A program made the translations under genes and the position numbers. A stretch of DNA of 63,778 bases, filler included, from Reclinomonas americana ATCC 50394 (lineage: Eukaryota): the NCBI GenBank assembly GCA_048213135.1. It is 10 parts of 10 records of this genome, joined end to end, with 100 filler letters (N's around TTAATTAATTAA, not from the genome) between each part and the next. Parts side by side here need not be neighbours in the genome. Positions count along the whole stretch, not along the records: positions 61,632 to 63,778 come from AFZH01019588.1; 9 more parts are not named here. One strand, 5' to 3'. The notes under the pieces were generated by a model. The model ran no database searches, was not told the origin of the DNA, and saw nothing but the letters and a program-made list of their open reading frames with translations. Numbering within the stretch: position 1 is the stretch's first letter; the number at the start of each line of letters is the position of its first letter. This document shows, piece by piece, positions 62,057 to 63,778 of this stretch.

Positions 62057-63778
62057 CGTGAATGCAAAGAGAATTGCTCCGAACCGTCGTGTTTCTTGAT
62101 CCAGGCCACTTGACAGTTTCCCACATCAGTGCTTAAGTTCTAGGTTGCATAGACTCGGTCTGCCACATCAAGCTTCAGAGAGTTGAGGCTTGTCATGCCG
62201 ATTTGTTGTCCCATGAAAACACACACGCACAGACTTCCGTATGACGAGCGATGACCACGAGTTCACGGACATTACGCAGCCCCTCGAAGCGCACGACTTT
62301 GGCGAGCACATCTATTATGCGGCAGTATCGGCCGATGTGCATCCGTCCATCGTTGCGCGTCTTGTAAAGAATGCACGAATCAACATTTTGGCATGTTCAT
62401 TAATCATGCCTCCCTCAGCATTCGCAGCTACTGGCTGTGACGAAGGGGAGCACTGTTCAACTCTACGACACCCACCGCCGACATGGATCGCTGCACTTGT
62501 TGTCCACTGTGCAAGTGACAAGGGTCGGTTGCTCCGTGTTGCGGCTGCTCTTTTGCTCCGACGACGGCCGATGGCTCGTGTGTGGTGCCGGTATTGGAGA
62601 CTATGGGGTGAGCATGTGGGACCTTGAGTCGCCGTTGGAACCGCGGCTCGTGTGGTGTGCCACGGAACACGGCTTGCACGTGCTTGCACTTGCTGCGTCT
62701 TCCGAGTACATATTCTCCGGTAGCGCCGACAACTCGGTCAAGGCGATCAACAGGCAGATGGGAGTGTGTGTGGCCGATATGCGACACAAACACAGCGTGC
62801 GCTCGGTGCAGGTGACGGCAGACGAGCGGCTAGTGATCAGTGCCGCGTTCGACAAGCAAGTGATTGTGTGGGATCACGACACGCACGATTGTTTGTCACG
62901 CGTTGAGCTGGCGGAAGACATCTGGTCCATGGTTCTGTTGGCGAACAGTGAGGTGCTTTTCTGCGGACTGCGGAATGGCAAGATTGTGCAGTGTGCATTG
63001 CAGCGTGACGGCGATAGGAATGCAGTTACTGTCGCACAGACGACAGAAGAGTGGTCTGGTCATCAACAAGAAGTGGTGCATCTGCTGCTGCTGGCGAATG
63101 GCCACCACCTCATCAGCACATCCAAAGGTGCGTGCGTGTGCATGTGCAAGGAGTACGAATGAAATAATCACGTGCACTACTCACCGCAATTGAACACAGA
63201 TCATTCAGCTCGAGTGTGGCATGTGCGGACTGGGAGAACAGTGGCACGAGTGCTTCGCATCGATATGGGTGAGATGCAGACCACCGCCACGGTGATGCTG
63301 GAGGATGGACGGGCGGTAATGACAGCCTACAGCCGTGTTGGTCTCTCTGTGTGGCGTCTTGGTGTGTGGGTCATTCACTGTTGTGCATGTACAAGAGCGC
63401 TGCGATCACTGACACCAAGATGCAGGGGTGTCAATGGGTGGGTGGCTGATGGGCCAGGAGTACGAGTGCATCAGAAGAGCCCTGCAAGCACTGTCGAGGG
63501 ATGAGGACGAAGATGAGGGAGCTGGGGATTACGGAGAGTCTCTTCCCCACTTTGTTCTACGTTGTTTCCTTGCCGAGGAAGCAGAGATGCTGTGCTTCCG
63601 ATGCCTCGGCCAGTCAATGGTGACGTGAATGCAAAGAGAATTGCTCCGAACCGTCGTGCTTCTTGATCCAGACCACTTGACAGTTTCCCACATCAGTGCT
63701 TAAGTTCTAGGTTGCATAGACTCGTTCGTCCACATCTAAGTAGCTTCGGAGAGTTGCAGCTTGTCATGCCGAGCTCGA
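61876..63778 (+). repeat. Direct duplication of last exon plus 3' flank (about 61876-62200 vs 63440-63778)
   Basis: Near-identical blocks, e.g. CTTCCCCACTTTGTTCTACGTTGTTTCCTTGC and GTGACGTGAATGCAAAGAGAATTGCTCCGAACCGTCGTG; period about 1.57 kb. Confidence 0.92.
62241..63628 (+). CDS. WD40 repeat protein with SOCS-box-like tail
   Basis: SGSADNSVKA, SAAFDKQVIVWD, GHQQEV...STSKDHSARVW; last exon GWLMGQEYECIRRALQAL...LPHFVLRCFLAEE. Confidence 0.85.

Noticed and set aside
1..63778. Alternative genetic code
   Set aside because: TAA, TAG and TGA all terminate genes and in-frame stops are explained by introns. The SelS UGA is the only exception found.
1..63778. Introner-like repeated introns or a transposase explaining the GTTGCG class
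   Set aside because: The GTTGCG introns share no visible internal sequence, terminal inverted repeats or target duplications, and no transposase or RT motifs were seen.

Overview
Gene-dense, intron-rich eukaryotic DNA, probably from a flagellated protist (TCTE1/DRC5, VPS18, mucolipin, mitochondrial carrier). It is a scaffold with nine 100-nt gap spacers (N-run + TTAATTAATTAA + N-run), and genes continue across several gaps. I reconstructed about 27 spliced genes or fragments by hand, plus an intronic tRNA-Lys(CTT) and a selenoprotein S gene with a UGA-Sec codon and SECIS. The main signal is in splicing. About 40 introns, most with boundaries set by reading frame and conserved motifs, use a 5' splice site of the form G-Y-T-N-N-G (mostly GTTGCG, also GTTGAG, GTTTCG, GTTTTG, GCTTCG). 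This is the window's normal donor (GTGCGT/GTGAGT/GTTCGT) displaced by +1 nt, and the exonic -1 base is mostly A rather than G. It looks like a large second class of shifted-register donors. Other highlights are a Ubl-HEPN-NACHT NLR-like gene, a frameshifted NACHT relic, a dispersed and tandem WD40 family sharing a SOCS-box-like tail, and an LRR-HlyIII fusion. All gene models come from manual reading without database searches or RNA data.
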